Positions 1 through 14,107 of a DNA stretch of 64,000 nt are shown in pieces (the stretch's first letter is position 1; each line of letters opens with the position of its first letter). The stretch comes from the human T2T-CHM13v2.0 reference genome, Homo sapiens: the NCBI GenBank assembly GCA_009914755.4, contig CP086569.2:7360001-7424000 (forward strand), given 5' to 3'. Below the pieces are notes generated by a model. The model searched no databases. It saw nothing but the letters and a program-made list of their open reading frames with translations, and was not told the DNA's origin. A program made the translations under genes and the position numbers.

Positions 1-1837
<1,837 letters not shown>

Positions 1838-1899
1838 TATGATATTAGCTGGTTATTTTGCTCATTAGTTGATGCGGTTTCTTCCTAGCCATGACGGTC

Positions 1900-2917
1900 T
1901 CTACAATTTGGCATGTATTTGCAGTGGCTGTTACTGGTTGTTCCTTTCCATGTTTAGCGCTTCCTTCAGGAGCTCTTTTAGAGCAGGTCTGGTGGTGAGA
2001 AAATCTCTCAGCATTTGCTTTTCTGTAAAGTGTTTTATTTCTCCTTCACTTATGAAGCTTAGTTTGGCTGGATATGAAATTCTGGGTTGAAAATACTTTT
2101 CTTTAAGAATGTTGTATATTGGCCCCCACTCTCTTCTGGCTTGTAGAGTTTATGCTGAGAGATCAGCTGTTAGTCTGATGGGCTTCCCTTTGTGGGTAAC
2201 CTGACCTTTCTCTCTAGCTGCCCTTAATATTTTTTCCTTCATTTCAACTTTGGTGAATCTGACAACTATGTGTCTTGGAGTTGCTCTTCTCAGGAGTATC
2301 TTTGTGGCATTCTCTGTATTTCCTGAATTTGAATGTAGTCCTGCCTTGCTAGATTGGGGAAGTTCTCCTGGATAATATCCTGCAGAGTATTTTCTAACTT
2401 GGTTCCATTCTCCCTGTCACTTTCAGGTACACCAATCAGATGCAGATTTAGTCTTTTCACATAGTCCCATATTTCTTGGAGGCTTTGTTCATTTCTTTTT
2501 ATTCTTTTTCCTCTAAACTTCTCTTCTTGCTTCATTTCATTCATTTGATATTCCATCACTGATACCCTTTCTTCCAGTTGATCGAATCAGCTACTGAACC
2601 TTGTGCATCTGTCAAGTAGTTCTCGTGCCATGGTTTTCAGCTCCATCAGGTCATTTAAGGACTTCTCTGCATTGGTTATTCTAGTTAGCCATTCGTCTAA
2701 TCTTTTTTCAAGGTTTTTAACTTCTTTGCCATGGAGGTTTCAAACTTCCTCCTTTAGCTTAGAGTAGCTTGATCATCTGAAGCCTTCTTCTCTCAACTCA
2801 TCAAAGTCATTCTCTGTCCAACTTTGTTCCATTGTTGGTGAGGAGCTGCATTCCTTTGGAGGAGGAGAGGTGCTCCGATTTTTAGGTTTTTCGGTTGTTC
2901 TACTCTTTTTTTCCCAT
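1900..2917 (-). pseudogene. L1 ORF1 remnant, disrupted
   Basis: The reverse complement of ~2913..2917 gives ATGGGAAAAAAAGAG..., the ORF1 start. The ORF1 C-terminal motif appears in the 2290..2559- ORF. Multiple stops lie in between. Confidence 0.8.
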
Positions 2918-4009
2918 CTTTGTGGTTTTATCTACCTTTGGTCTTTGATGATAGTGACGTACAGATGGGGTTTTGGTGTGGATGTCCCTTCTGTTAGTTT
3001 TCCTTCTAACAGTCAGGACCCGCAGCTGCAGGTCTGTTGGAGTTTGTCGTAGGTCCATTCCAAACCCTGTTTACCTGGGTATCAGCAGTGTAGGCTGGAG
3101 AACAGTGGATGTTGGTGAACAGCAAATGTTGCTGCCTGATCGTTCCTCTGGAAGTTTTGTCTCAGAGGAGTACCCAGCCATGTGAGGTGTCAGTCTGCCC
3201 CCACTGGGGGTGCCTCCCAGTTAGGCTACTTGGGGTCAGGGAACCACTTGAGGAGGCAGTCTGTCTGTTCTCAGATCTCAAGCTGTGTGCTGGAAGAACC
3301 AATACTTTCTTCAAAGCTGTCAGGCAGGGACATTTAAGTCTGCAGAGGTTTCTGCTGTCTTTTGTTTGGCTATGCCCTGCCCCCAGAGGTGGAGTCTACA
3401 GAGGGAGACAGGCCTTCTTGAGCTGTGGTGGGCTCCACCCAGTTTGAGCTTCCCAGCCACTTTGTTTACCTACTCAAGCCTCAGCAATGGCAGGCGCCCC
3501 TCCCCACTGCCTCACTGCCACCTTGCAGTTCGATCTCAGACTGCTGTGCTAGCAATGACTGAGGCTCCGTGGGTGTAGCACCCTCCAAGCCGTGCATGGG
3601 ATATAATCTCCTGGTGTGCCATTTACTAAGACTGTCAGAAAAGTGCAGTATTAGGGTGGGAGTGACCCAATTTTCCAGGTGCCGTCCATCACCCCTTTCC
3701 TTGGCTAGGAAAGGGAATTCCCCAACCCCTTGCACTTCCTGGGTGAGGTGATGCCTCACCCTGCTTCAGCTCAGGCTGGGTTCACTGCACCCACTGTCCT
3801 GCACCCACTGTCTGACAATCCCCAGTGAGATGCACCCAGTACCTCAGTTGGAAATGCAGAAATCATTCGTCTTCTGCATCACTCATGCTGGGAGCTGTAG
3901 ACTGGATCTGTTGCTATTCTTCCATCTTGGCTCCACCCCAAGAAATTACTTTTCAATGTCCAAATAGCTTCTCCCTTGTGTGTACAAGAGACTAGGCCAA
4001 AAAGTCCAT

Positions 4010-4976
4010 TGTGGAGAAAAGAAAGAGAGATCAGACTGTTACTGTGTCTATGTAGAAAGAAGTAGACATAAGAGACTCCATTTTGTTCTGTACTAAGAAA
4101 AATTCTTCTGCCTTGACATGCTGTTAATCTGTAACCCTAGTCCCAACCCTGTGCTTGCAGAGACATGTGCTGTGTTAACTCAAGATTTAATGGATTTAGG
4201 GCTGTGCAGGATGCGCTTTGTTAAAAAAGTGCTTGAAGGCAGTATGCTTGTTAAAAGTCATTGGCATTCTCTAATCTCAAGTAACCAGGGACACAATACA
4301 CTGCGGAAGGCCACAGGGACCTCTCCCTAGGAAAGTCAGGTATTGTCCAAGGCTTCTCCCCATGTGACAGCCTGAGATATGGCCTCATGGGAAGGGAAAG
4401 ACCTGACCATCCCCTAGCCCGACACCTGTAAAGGCTCTGTGCTGAGGAGCGTTAGTAAAAGAGGAAGGCTTCTTTGCAGTTGAGACAAGAGGAAGGCATC
4501 TGTCTCCTGCTCATCCCTTGGAATAAAATGTCTCAGTGTAAAACCTGATTGTATGTTCTGTTTACTGAGGTAGGAGAAAACCACCTTAGTGATGGAGGTG
4601 AGACATGCTGGCAGCAATACTGCTCTTTATTGCACTGAGATGTTTGTGTGTGTGCACATCAAGGCACAGCACATTTCCTCAAACTTATTTATGACACAGA
4701 GACCTTTGTTCACATGTTTTCCTTCTGACCCTGTCCCCACTATTACCCTATTGTCCTGCCAGATCCCCCTTTCCGAGATGGTAGAGACAGTGATCAATAA
4801 ATACTGAGGGAACTCAGAGACCAGTGCCTGTGCGGGTCCTCCTTATGCTGAGCACCGGTCCCCTGGACCCACTTTTCTTTCTTTATACTTTGTCTCTGTC
4901 TCTTATTTCTTTTCTCAGTCTCTCGACCCACCTGACAAGAAACACCCACAGGTTGTGGAGGTGCTAGCCCCCTTCA
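4010..4976 (+). mobile_element. Solo LTR5 (HERV-K HML-2 LTR, LTR5A/B-like) with a 6-bp target-site duplication
   Basis: It starts TGTGGAGAAAAGAAAGAGAGATCAGACTGTTACTGTGTCTATGTAGAAAGAAGTAGACATAAGAGACTCCATTTTGTTCTGTACTAAGAAAAATTCTTCTGCCTTGA. It ends ...CACCCACAGGTTGTGGAGG...CCCTTCA and is 967 bp long. GTCCAT is present at 4004..4009 and again at 4977..4982. There is no PBS or internal proviral sequence. Confidence 0.85.
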
Positions 4977-5149
4977 GTCCATGCTTCCATAGTTAGAAAA
5001 CTGCCCTTCAGGTATAAACTAGTGAATCTTAGAAGTAAATTAGCTCCTCCAAAGCCCAGCAGAACATGGTTTGAGAAATTCCCCTGCCCACAGCAATTTG
5101 GTGGCATCATGAGTCAACATTTCTCAAATACATTCTTCAGCACTTAACG

Positions 5150-5270
5150 TGCAATCTTGGACCAGGGAGCTAACCTCTCTGTGCCTCATTTTCCTCATCT
5201 AAAAAACAGAGGCAGTAAGAATATTTACTTAAAAGCCTTACTGTGAAGATTAAGTGAGCTCATGTGCATA
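5150..5270 (-). repeat. MIR (ancient SINE) fragment
   Basis: Contains CTGTGCCTCATTTTCCTCATCTAAAAAACAGAG, the reverse complement of the MIR core, followed by TAAGTGAGCTCATGTGCA. Confidence 0.4.
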
Positions 5271-6455
5271 AGTCTGAAGATAGCTGGCAGAGAGAGCCAC
5301 AGGGTCTGGCTCCGATAACGATGCTGCTCTGATTATTACAGAGGCCATAAATTATGTGGCCTCATTTATATCACTTAGAACTGTCAGTTATATGCAAATT
5401 AATGAAAGACAACTCTCCTTCCACCAAATGGCTAGGTACGTGCAAGGTGTTTTTCCCACAGAAAGGGAAGAGGAGGGCCAACCCCTATGCGGGGCTGGGA
5501 AAAGAGGAGAATAAAAGGACTAAGGGAGTTTAGGACCTACCAGGTCAACTCCGTCTCAGAAGAAAGCCACAACTGAGCAACAACCCGAAGGTCAGATTGA
5601 GGAGGGGGATACAACAATTGTCTAAACAAAAGCAGGGCTGCCAACCCCACACTTAGTTCCAGGACTGTCCATTGTTCAACCAAATAGCATTGAAGCCCTG
5701 TATGCTTTTGCTATCTTCTGTGGAAACAGCTTCAAGATGGCTTACGAGCTGTCAAGCCATGTAAGAAATCTGTGGAAAAAGAAAAAGGCCAGGGTGGGGT
5801 TTGTAAACCATCTGTGGCAGAAGTCTTCTAAGCAGCAAACATTTCCACTGTATTCATTAATAATGCCAATCAGAACATCTTTTCTGCATGTTAATTAAAG
5901 AAGGCACACACAGCCATAGAACCTATCTAGCCCTATCAGAATGAATGAGGCTAATTTTTCTCACAGTTTTGAATAATATCCTTGAGTTCGTGAGCTCAAA
6001 TTTCATTGTTAGCCATCACCATTTGATTTCAAGTGTTTATCTTCCTTTTAATGCTGCAGTGTCGGGATGCATTGGTGAGAACTTATCCAGGGTAAAACAC
6101 AGTCATTTAGAGACAGTTTTTAGAAGAAACTATTTAGGTGACAATTTTTTTTTTAATTAAAGGGAAGAGACACAACACACCAGATCTGAGCTTGTCAGAT
6201 GCATTCTAGATGTGTTAATTCTTGGAAGTTCTCATGATGAGGGCACTGTCCAGACAACATTTTAGGTAGCTCTTTTCAAGAGGTGGAATCTGGGGAAGGG
6301 TGGATTTTCCCAAATCTTTTACCACTGGAAATGCTTCCCTGGGCATTGCTCTAGTCAATGGTCCCAAGCTTTGTACAATTTGAGAAGTATACATGAAATG
6401 TATAGCATGATCAAGAACTGTCTTAGGAAATGAGGGTAAAAAGAAATATAGAACA

Positions 6456-6777
6456 GGCCAGGCTCAGTGGCTCATGCCTGTAATCCCAGCAGTTTGGGAG
6501 GCCGAGGCAGGTGGATTACTTGAGTTCAGGAATTTGAGACCAGCCTGGGCAAAACAGTGAAACCCTGTCTCTACTAAAATATAAAAAAATAGCCAGGCAT
6601 GTCCAGGTGTGCCTGTTATTCCAGCTATTTGGGAGCCTGAGGCAGGAGAATTGCTTGAACTGGGTTGGCGGAGGTTGCAGTGAGCAGAGATTGCACCACT
6701 GTACTTCAGCCTGGGTGACAGAGCGAGACTCTGTCTCAAAAAAAAAAAAAGAAAAAGAAAAGAAAAAGGAAAGAAAG
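6456..6777 (+). mobile_element. Alu SINE (AluS-like) with an A-rich tail and ~15-bp TSD
   Basis: GGCCAGGCTCAGTGGCTCATGCCTGTAATCCCAGCAGTTTGGGAGGCCGAGGCAGG ... GAGACTCTGTCTCAAAAAAAAAAAAAGAAAAAG. TSD AAGAAATATAGAACAG at ~6441..6455 and AAGAAATACAGAACAG at 6778..6792. Confidence 0.95.
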
Positions 6778-7045
6778 AAATACAGAACAGAGTCCCTGCC
6801 CCTGCAGAATACACTAAGGATAGCACCTTTTGCCCCTTTGTTTGGTGCATGGCTCCTAAAGGTCCAGGTTCACTTTGGTAAGGGATTTGGGGAAAGAAGA
6901 CTGGCTTAGAAGCAAGTGGTTTGGGGCTAGGCTTTACCATGAAAGGTGATGTGACTCTTTCAAGGGCTTGGTCTCTCATCTGTAAAATGGGATGATGGAC
7001 AGACAATGTCTCTTGGTTCCCAGATTCTATGCTATAAACAATGCT

Positions 7046-7483
7046 CAATCATAACATTATGGACTCAATTGTGTCCTTCCAAAATTCATATGGTAAAGCC
7101 CTAACCCCCAATGTGACTATATTTGGAGACAGAACCTTTAGGAAGGTAATTAAGGTTAAATGAAGTCCTAGTTCTCCTTTAAATTAGTGTGGGATGGGGC
7201 CTTAGTCTAATAGGACTGGTGTCCTTATTATAAGAGGAAGAGAAATCAGAGCCCTCTCTCTCCCTCTCCTGGAGTGTGTAAAGATGAAAAGCCACATGAG
7301 GAAACAGCAGGAATGTGGCTGTCTGCAAGCCAGGAAGAGAGCCCTAGCCGGAAACTGAAGTTGCCAGAACATTGACTATGGACGTCTAGCCTCCAGAACT
7401 GAGAGAAAATAAATGTCTGTTGTTTAAGCCACCCAGTGTGTGGTATTTTGTTATGACAGTCCTAGCAAACTAACACACATACA
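7046..7483 (+). mobile_element. MaLR-type (ERVL-MaLR, MLT1/MST-like) LTR relic. Subfamily not determinable by eye.
   Basis: CCAAAATTCATATGGTAAAGCCCTAACCCCCAATGTGACTATATTTGGAGACAG ... GTCCTTATTATAAGAGGAAGAGAAATCAGAG ... CTGCAAGCCAGGAAGAGAGCCCTAGCC ... CCTCCAGAACTGAGAGAAAATAAATGTCTGTTGTTTAAGCCACCCAGTGTGTGGTATTTTGTTATGACAG ... ACA. This is the characteristic architecture of THE1/MST/MLT1-group LTRs. Confidence 0.5.
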
Positions 7484-7920
7484 AAGCACATTTCAATGAC
7501 ATGCTTTTCTAAAGGGACAATTTTCAATAGAACAAATCCATAATAATGTGACCTTTTTTTTTTTTTTTCCACAGAGAGGGAAGTGAGACAAATTCAGAAA
7601 GTCTTCTGAATCATGTTGGAGTTCCTGGAACTGCCAGTATCTAGAAGTCATAAAGAAAAAGACTGACAAATGTGAACATATAACAATTTTTCGCTTTTGT
7701 CTCCCAAAAGACTCCATAAGCAAAAGGTCATCAACATGAGAAAATTATTTGCAACAACAATAACAAAAATAAAGGCCAAGCTTAATATATTTATATATGA
7801 AAAGTTTTACACATAGTTAAAAATACTAAAACACCATTAGAAACAAAGGACTTAAACTAGGAATTAATTATTTCTCTTTCTCTTTCCATGGCCAACAAAC
7901 ATTGAAAAAAAATTGCCATC

Positions 7921-8213
7921 TTTTTTTTTATTTGTTTGTTAGAGATGGGGATCTCACTCTGTTTCTTAGATTGTAGTGCCATGGCACAATAATGGCTCAC
8001 TGCAGCCTCAAACTCCTGGGCTCAAGTGATCACCCCCATACAGACTCCCGAGTAGCTGGGAACACAGGCACATGCCACCACCCCTAGCTAATTTTTTATT
8101 ATTTGTAGAGATGGGGGTCACTATGTTGCTCAGGCTAGTCTTGGACTGCTGGACTCAAGTGATCCTTGGTCTCCCAGTGTGCTGGGATTACAGCCATGAG
8201 CCACTGCTCCAGT
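7921..8213 (-). mobile_element. Alu SINE, minus orientation
   Basis: Poly-T head TTTTTTTTTATTTGTTTGTTAGAGATGGGGATCTCACTCTGTTTCTTAGATTGTAGTGC ... GCTGGGATTACAGCCATGAGCCACTGCTCCAGTCC (reverse-complemented Alu). Confidence 0.95.
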
Positions 8214-10574
8214 CCTCAACTTCTTTTTTATTTAGCAAGTTGACAAATTTTGAAAACAAAATTGTCACTGCTGGTAAAGGTACAGTGATATGGGAAAGTT
8301 TACAGTGCTTAAGGGAATTTTAACTGTACAAACTTTCTAGAAAGCAATTTAACAATCTTGCAGTAGCTTGCCACAAAAAGTCTACCCTCTTTCACCCAGA
8401 AAACTTACCTTTCTTTTCTGTCCTGAGGTAATAACCTCCAATGCTATCAAATATCCATCTACAAGCCTTACTTATAAAATTGCTTAAAAACTTAATGTTC
8501 AACAATCCAAATATTTAACCACAGAAAAACAGTTAAATTTAGAGATTTCTGTACAATTAATACCAGGCTGCCCCTAAAAATATCATGGGAATTTAGTGAT
8601 TCAGAAAAATACTTTTGATATAATATTATGGAGAAAAAAACTATGATATGAAACTGCCATATGAGCTCAATATAGATTTTTATGTTAAAACGGTTTAGAC
8701 AAACCTTAAGGAAATACACAAAATACTAGCAGCAGTTATAAGTGGTGGAATTACACACAATTTGAGTTTTCTTTTATATCCTTTTCTGTGATGTTATTAA
8801 CAAGTTAGAATGGGTGTAACAGAAGTAAATGGACAACACAGATGACAAAGAATTTCCTTTTTTCTCTCCTCTCCAAGGTTCTTGAAGGCATAACTAGAAT
8901 CAAATAGTTTTTTAAAACTATGGGGAGACAATTTTAGTATAATCTTAATGGAAAAACTTTCCTTAGAGGAGTCTAAAAATGTAAGATAGGGCCTCAGAAG
9001 CATGAGTGACATGTTACTGGAGTTCAAGTTTACTCTGAATAAACTTCCAGCCGTTCATTATGATACCTGCTGGGAACCTATTATGTACCAAGTACTCTTG
9101 TAAGTCACTAGAGGCCTCACAAGCAGTAAGACAAAGTCCCCACCACCCATTAAGCTTACCTTGCAGTGGAGGAGGAAGAAAGTAACATAATGTCAGATGT
9201 GATAAATGCTATAAAATGCCAAGTGGGCCAAGGGGAGAGTGTGAAGGTGGACACAGTGGTGGTAGCTATTTTTGAAAGATGCATCAGTGTAGGGCTCCCC
9301 AATTTCAGTGAACTAAGCAAGCAAGGGATACGGATCTGAGGTTTGAGAGTTCCAGGAGGAAGGGACAGACAGCCTGACATGCATAGTGAATGAGGGACAG
9401 ACAAGGATCAGGTGAGCAGCAGAATCAGGAAAGAAGGTGATTAAGACTAAACTGAGTATTGGGGAGGTCAGCGACTTAGGGCTCTGTTCATCTGACTTGT
9501 TTGGCCAATGGGATATTATCAGGTGTAATGCAAACAGAGGCCTAAAAAGCATGTGTGTGGTTGAGCTTGGCCTCTTTTGACTTTGCTATTATGTTGAGAG
9601 GGCATGCCCCAGCTAGCCAGTTGGTTCTAGAGGGATGAAAGACAAATGGATCAGAGCTGCCCCAGTGGAGCCCAGCTGAGACCAGGTCTGCCTCAACAGA
9701 GCTGCTCCAGCCAACCCCCAAATCTGCCAGAATAAATTGTTACCTTTGTAAGCCAATCAGTTCTGAAGTGGTTTGTTACTCAGCATTATTGGAGCAATAG
9801 CTGATAGACACAATGCTCAACCTAGACCTAAAAAACAAGACCACTGTAATTTGCTTAGCCTGGGTCCTTATTGAGAATAACAGTGTGGCCTAACCAGTTC
9901 AACAAACCATGATTGTAAGAGTAACAAGCACAGGAGCCTTATCCTAATATTATCCGAATGTAAGATAATTCTACATTTCAAGTAAGATAACTATGGGTAA
10001 ACCAATAACATGCTCCAGTTTCTTGTTTACTATACTGACAGTCTGTTATCAAATAGCCTTGGCAGGTTCTAAGTTTGCTTCTCTCATCTGTTTTGCCGAA
10101 AAATTTGTCCCAAGTGCTTATTCCATGGCCTCCTAAAAAGACATATTTCATAGGTGATCAGGGAAAAACAGCTGCTGTACAGCTAAATCACGTCAAAAGT
10201 ATTTTGGGGTTGAAGGCAAGCATGAACCACAATCCAGCTCACTTTTTAACTTCTGAGTAATATTCCAGGAGTCCATCTGGAGCCCCATCACAGTAGGGAT
10301 GCCGTAAGAGACCTTTTTGAGTATAGCCCTCCCAAATCCTGACCTAAGCATGCTTGAGACCAGAAGACACTCAATGAGCCCCTCAGGGTTATATCAAGAT
10401 GGCACACATTTCCTCAAGACTTCTACCAAAATATGTTACATCAAATTTCCAAAGCCTCTACCTACATATATTCTCAGTGGAAAACCTCCAGGCCCTTTAA
10501 ATGTGCCTGCCATGTGCTTTAAGTACTTATGGGCCTAATTCAACACAAATTATATGGTGATGTTTAGCCTGACC

Positions 10575-10630
10575 ATGGTGAGCATGGCAGAACTGAGGTC
10601 CAGAAGAGGGAAGGGGACACTCACAGCCCA
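10575..10630 (+). repeat. MIR core fragment
   Basis: GAACTGAGGTCCAGAAGAGGGAAGGGGACACTCACAGCC resembles the MIR core ACTGAGGCTCAGAGAGG...CCCAAGGTCACACAGC. Confidence 0.35.
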
Positions 10631-11056
10631 TCCAGACTTCTTCTCTTTCCCCTGACAGGCTTCCTTTCTTTCCCCCTGAGTCACAGGCCTGGGAAGCAGG
10701 TTGTGCAGTCAGCAGGAAAAGCTATGGCTAGCTTGGGGGTATGAAGAAGGAACACACAGAGATCCTTATTTTCCACCCACCTCAACCACTGCCTGCCTCC
10801 CAGCCTCCCCACCTCAGCATAATGCTCCAGTATTCTGAATCCCATCCAGACTTTTTCTCCATTCCCTGCTGAGCTTCCTCTCCTTCCTCCTAAGTCACAG
10901 GCCTGGGAGAGGGGCTGTGTAGTCAGCAGGGAAAGCTACAGCTAGCTTGGTGGTATGAAGGAGGAACACACACGGATCGTTATTCACCACCCACCTCATC
11001 CACTGCCTGCTTCCCAGCCTCCCCACCTCAGCATAATGTGCCAGTATTCTGAATCC
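10629..11056. repeat. Two-copy tandem duplication, unit 214 bp (copies 10629..10842 and 10843..11056, ~88% identical)
   Basis: Both copies begin CATCCAGACTT(C/T)TTCTC. Both contain AGTCACAGGCCTGGGA(A/G)..., GTCAGCAGG(A/G)AAAGCTA..GCTAGCTTGG.GGTATGAAG.AGGAACACACA and CCACCCACCTCA.CCACTGCCTGC.TCCCAGCCTCCCCACCTCAGCATAATG.(T/G)CCAGTATTCTGAATCC. Confidence 0.8.
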
Positions 11057-12728
11057 AGAGCACTGATTCACCTACTTAACCATGAGGCTGAAGTTCAGAA
11101 TGGCTGTCAAAATCTGGTCACCTAACAGCAAAAAAATCAATGAACTACAGAGAGCAGATAGCTAGGCTTTTAAAGATTCACTTGTTTTGATGGCCTTGTC
11201 ACTGCTTGTCTCCTCATTACCTTCATGGCTCAGCCTCACTGTAATGTGCACTGACTTGGGCATAAATAGGTCTATCTTAGAGTTAATGCTCTGATGTAAA
11301 AAGGGTAAACCACCCTCCATCTATGGAAAACATTCCATTATCACAGCATTTTTTATGAAAGCCAAGATGCTTCCCTACTGTCCACAAAAAGCTATTTGCC
11401 TTCATACTGTATAAATATTTGATGCTGGCCTTTTGGCAAAAGGCCACCTAAATATTCCAAGCTTATGATTTACAAGAAGGATGTGGGAAAGGAGATTTGT
11501 CATAGTATTTCAAGAGGTAAATTCTATGAGGCAACCATTCTTCTCCTGCGGACTCTGAGATACTAAGACTGTCTATCAAGCAAACCTTCAGGCTCAGCCC
11601 TAGGCTGCTGTGCTTCGCCAAAGTCTAGCCTGAATGTGCATGCCATGACAAGCGGTCAATGCATTTGGTCTATTTTTGCAGGGTTAAAAACAAAATATTA
11701 CTGTTGTCCTTTAAACAAACTAGACTGGACTAGATTGACTACGCTGGAATAGCTGGCCTAACAGATGCTCTTGGCTCTCTGAGAGTGCCTTCTCTCCATC
11801 AGAGGCTGCACAGTCCTCTTGGCACCACCTTGATTCCAAGATTGGCACTGGCCAAGTGCATAAGTGCAATTGCACATGTGGTCAATGGCATGTGATCCCA
11901 CGGCAAATATAATCACTGTTCAACCAATTCCAGATAAAGGTGCCATGTTGCTCCACAATCACACTGAAGCTAATTTGCTCTATTTACCAAAGAATAAGCA
12001 AGGCTGCTGCCGTTTCTTGTTTCTTGAACACTCTCTGCTGCTCTAGGCCTGGCTACCGTCCTACATTCTTAGTTTGATGCAATGAGTCATCTAGAAAAGC
12101 TATTACTCCTCTTTAGCTAGAAAAAGATTAGCTTGCAAGTTGCAGTGCCAATTAAATGAACAGATAGGGAAGAAACATTCTGATTCATTGGTTGATGGAT
12201 GTGAGGCACTCTGCCAGGTGCAGTTCAAGGCTTTTCATTGAATCCTCCCCCAAATTCTGTAAGAGTCATCATTCCCTTTTAGTGGATAGACATCTGAGTT
12301 ACATGATTTGTCCATGTTCATATGGAATACAAAGGCCAAATCAGATATGAAATATGATTTGTTTGACACTAAAACTTACCCCCTTTCAACAACAGACATT
12401 TATTGAGCTACTGCTATGATGAGGCAGACCCTGTTTGAGGAACTGGGGGTAGGTGCTAAACAGGCTAAGTTTCTACACTTGCAGAGCTGGTGTTTTCTGA
12501 CCAATGCACCATATTCTCTCTGCCTTGGTGGTTAGGATAAGATTTTAGTCGGGTCACAATGAGACTTAGGACTTCTGTTTGGGGCCACATCTGTGCAGAT
12601 GCCATGCTCTCCTATATAGGGCAGAAAAAAAAAAGAATAAAAATATGATTGTAAATGGCTGACTTATGCATATAGCTGTGTATTTTGACACAATGGGTTA
12701 GCATACAGTGATGAAAGAAAATGGTCTG

Positions 12729-12994
12729 CAATTACATGTAAAAATGTAGACGAACCCCACAACAACAAGTGTGTGTATAAAGTTTGTATACAGTTCAAAA
12801 CTCATCAATGGTGTTTCAAGTAGGGACTGTGATTACCCCAGGGGGATAGAAACAGTGCAATTACATGTAAAAATGTGGAAGAATCCCACAATGACAAGTG
12901 TATAAAATTTGTATAAAGTTTTGTATAAAGTTCAAAACTCATCCATAGTGTTTCAAGTAGAGACTGTGATTACCCCAGGGGAAGAGAAACAGTG
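12729..12994. repeat. Two-copy tandem duplication, unit ~128 bp (12729..12856 and 12857..12994), inside an LTR-like sequence ending in CAATAAAAGTTTTTTAAAG
   Basis: GCAATTACATGTAAAAATGT(A/G)GA(C/A)GAA(C/T)CCCACAA..ACAAGTGT...AAAGTT..TGTATA.AGTTCAAAACTCATC.ATGGTGTTTCAAGTAG.GACTGTGATTACCCCAGGGG.A.AGAAACAGTG is repeated in tandem. Confidence 0.75.
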
Positions 12995-14107
12995 TGGGGC
13001 ATGCAGGGGCTTCTAGGGTTTTGATATGTTCTATTTCTTGATCTATGTGCTGGTGATGTGTGTGCTCACTTTGTGAAAAGCCACTGAGGTATATATCCTT
13101 GTGATCTGTACTATTTTTTACATGTGTGCTAAACTGCAATAAAAGTTTTTTAAAGATGTCCCATGGACATATCAGAAAATGCATTTAATGGCATATGTGC
13201 AATTTAGCCCTTACATTATTAAGTGGCTATTCTGAAATAGAAGCCCTGACTATAACTCCTAGGCCAGACATTCCTGCAGAATAGTGGTCCAAGGGAGTGG
13301 CTATCAGAAACACGTGGTAAGGTTTCATTCTCCATCTTTTACCAGTCCCATGCTAAAACCTGCAGGTTCCTGGTGAAACACTCCAATATCAGCTTTTTCC
13401 CTCATCACCACTGGCATTATTGAGCATGATCCAGAACTCTCATTAGTCACCTTCTGTATGCAGGCACTGCAATATTAAGAAACTGCAAAAAGTAGGACCT
13501 GCCTTGGGGGTTCGTTGCAAGTATATCTGTATAAAGTATATTACCCACATATTTAATGTATATATTTTATTTAAAATATGTATATGTGTTTTACATATGT
13601 ATTTTGCAAATATATCATCATAGAGGATATGCTACGTGTCAAAAAAGGTGGTATAAATACCAAGTGTTACTTGGATTTACATGCCGCTGGGGCATCAGAG
13701 AAAGTCTCAAGGAAGGCCTAATCTTTTAAAATGGTGGGAGCAGAGAAACATCCGGGTGCAACGTGTCGCCTTTGTGATGCATCATGGAGAACACATTGCT
13801 TGGAATGTATTCTAGTTGTAATTCTTAATTTATCAAGGTCTTACAACTAACTTCCAGTTTACAGGAAATACAGGCTGGATAAATAAGATCAATGATGCCA
13901 TGAGCATTGACCAGATGAAAACATAATATAGGCCATTCTGCAGAATAAGAGGATAGGTTCCTTTTGAGCAGACAGGTAAAGGGAAAAGGGCTCTTCTAGG
14001 CAAAAACAGAAGTGAGGATACAGTCACCACAAACACTGACTGCTGCTGGAGTGGGTTCTGGTTTGGATGATCAGCTGCAAAGGCCATTTCTGAAACAAAG
14101 AGGTGGA

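Noticed and set aside
3943-5400. Possibility of a full HERV-K provirus downstream of the LTR5
   Set aside because: Sequence after 4976 lacks the tRNA-Lys PBS (TGGTGCCCAACGTGGAGGC-like) and any gag-like reading frame. The 6-bp TSD closes directly around the single LTR, so it is a solo LTR.
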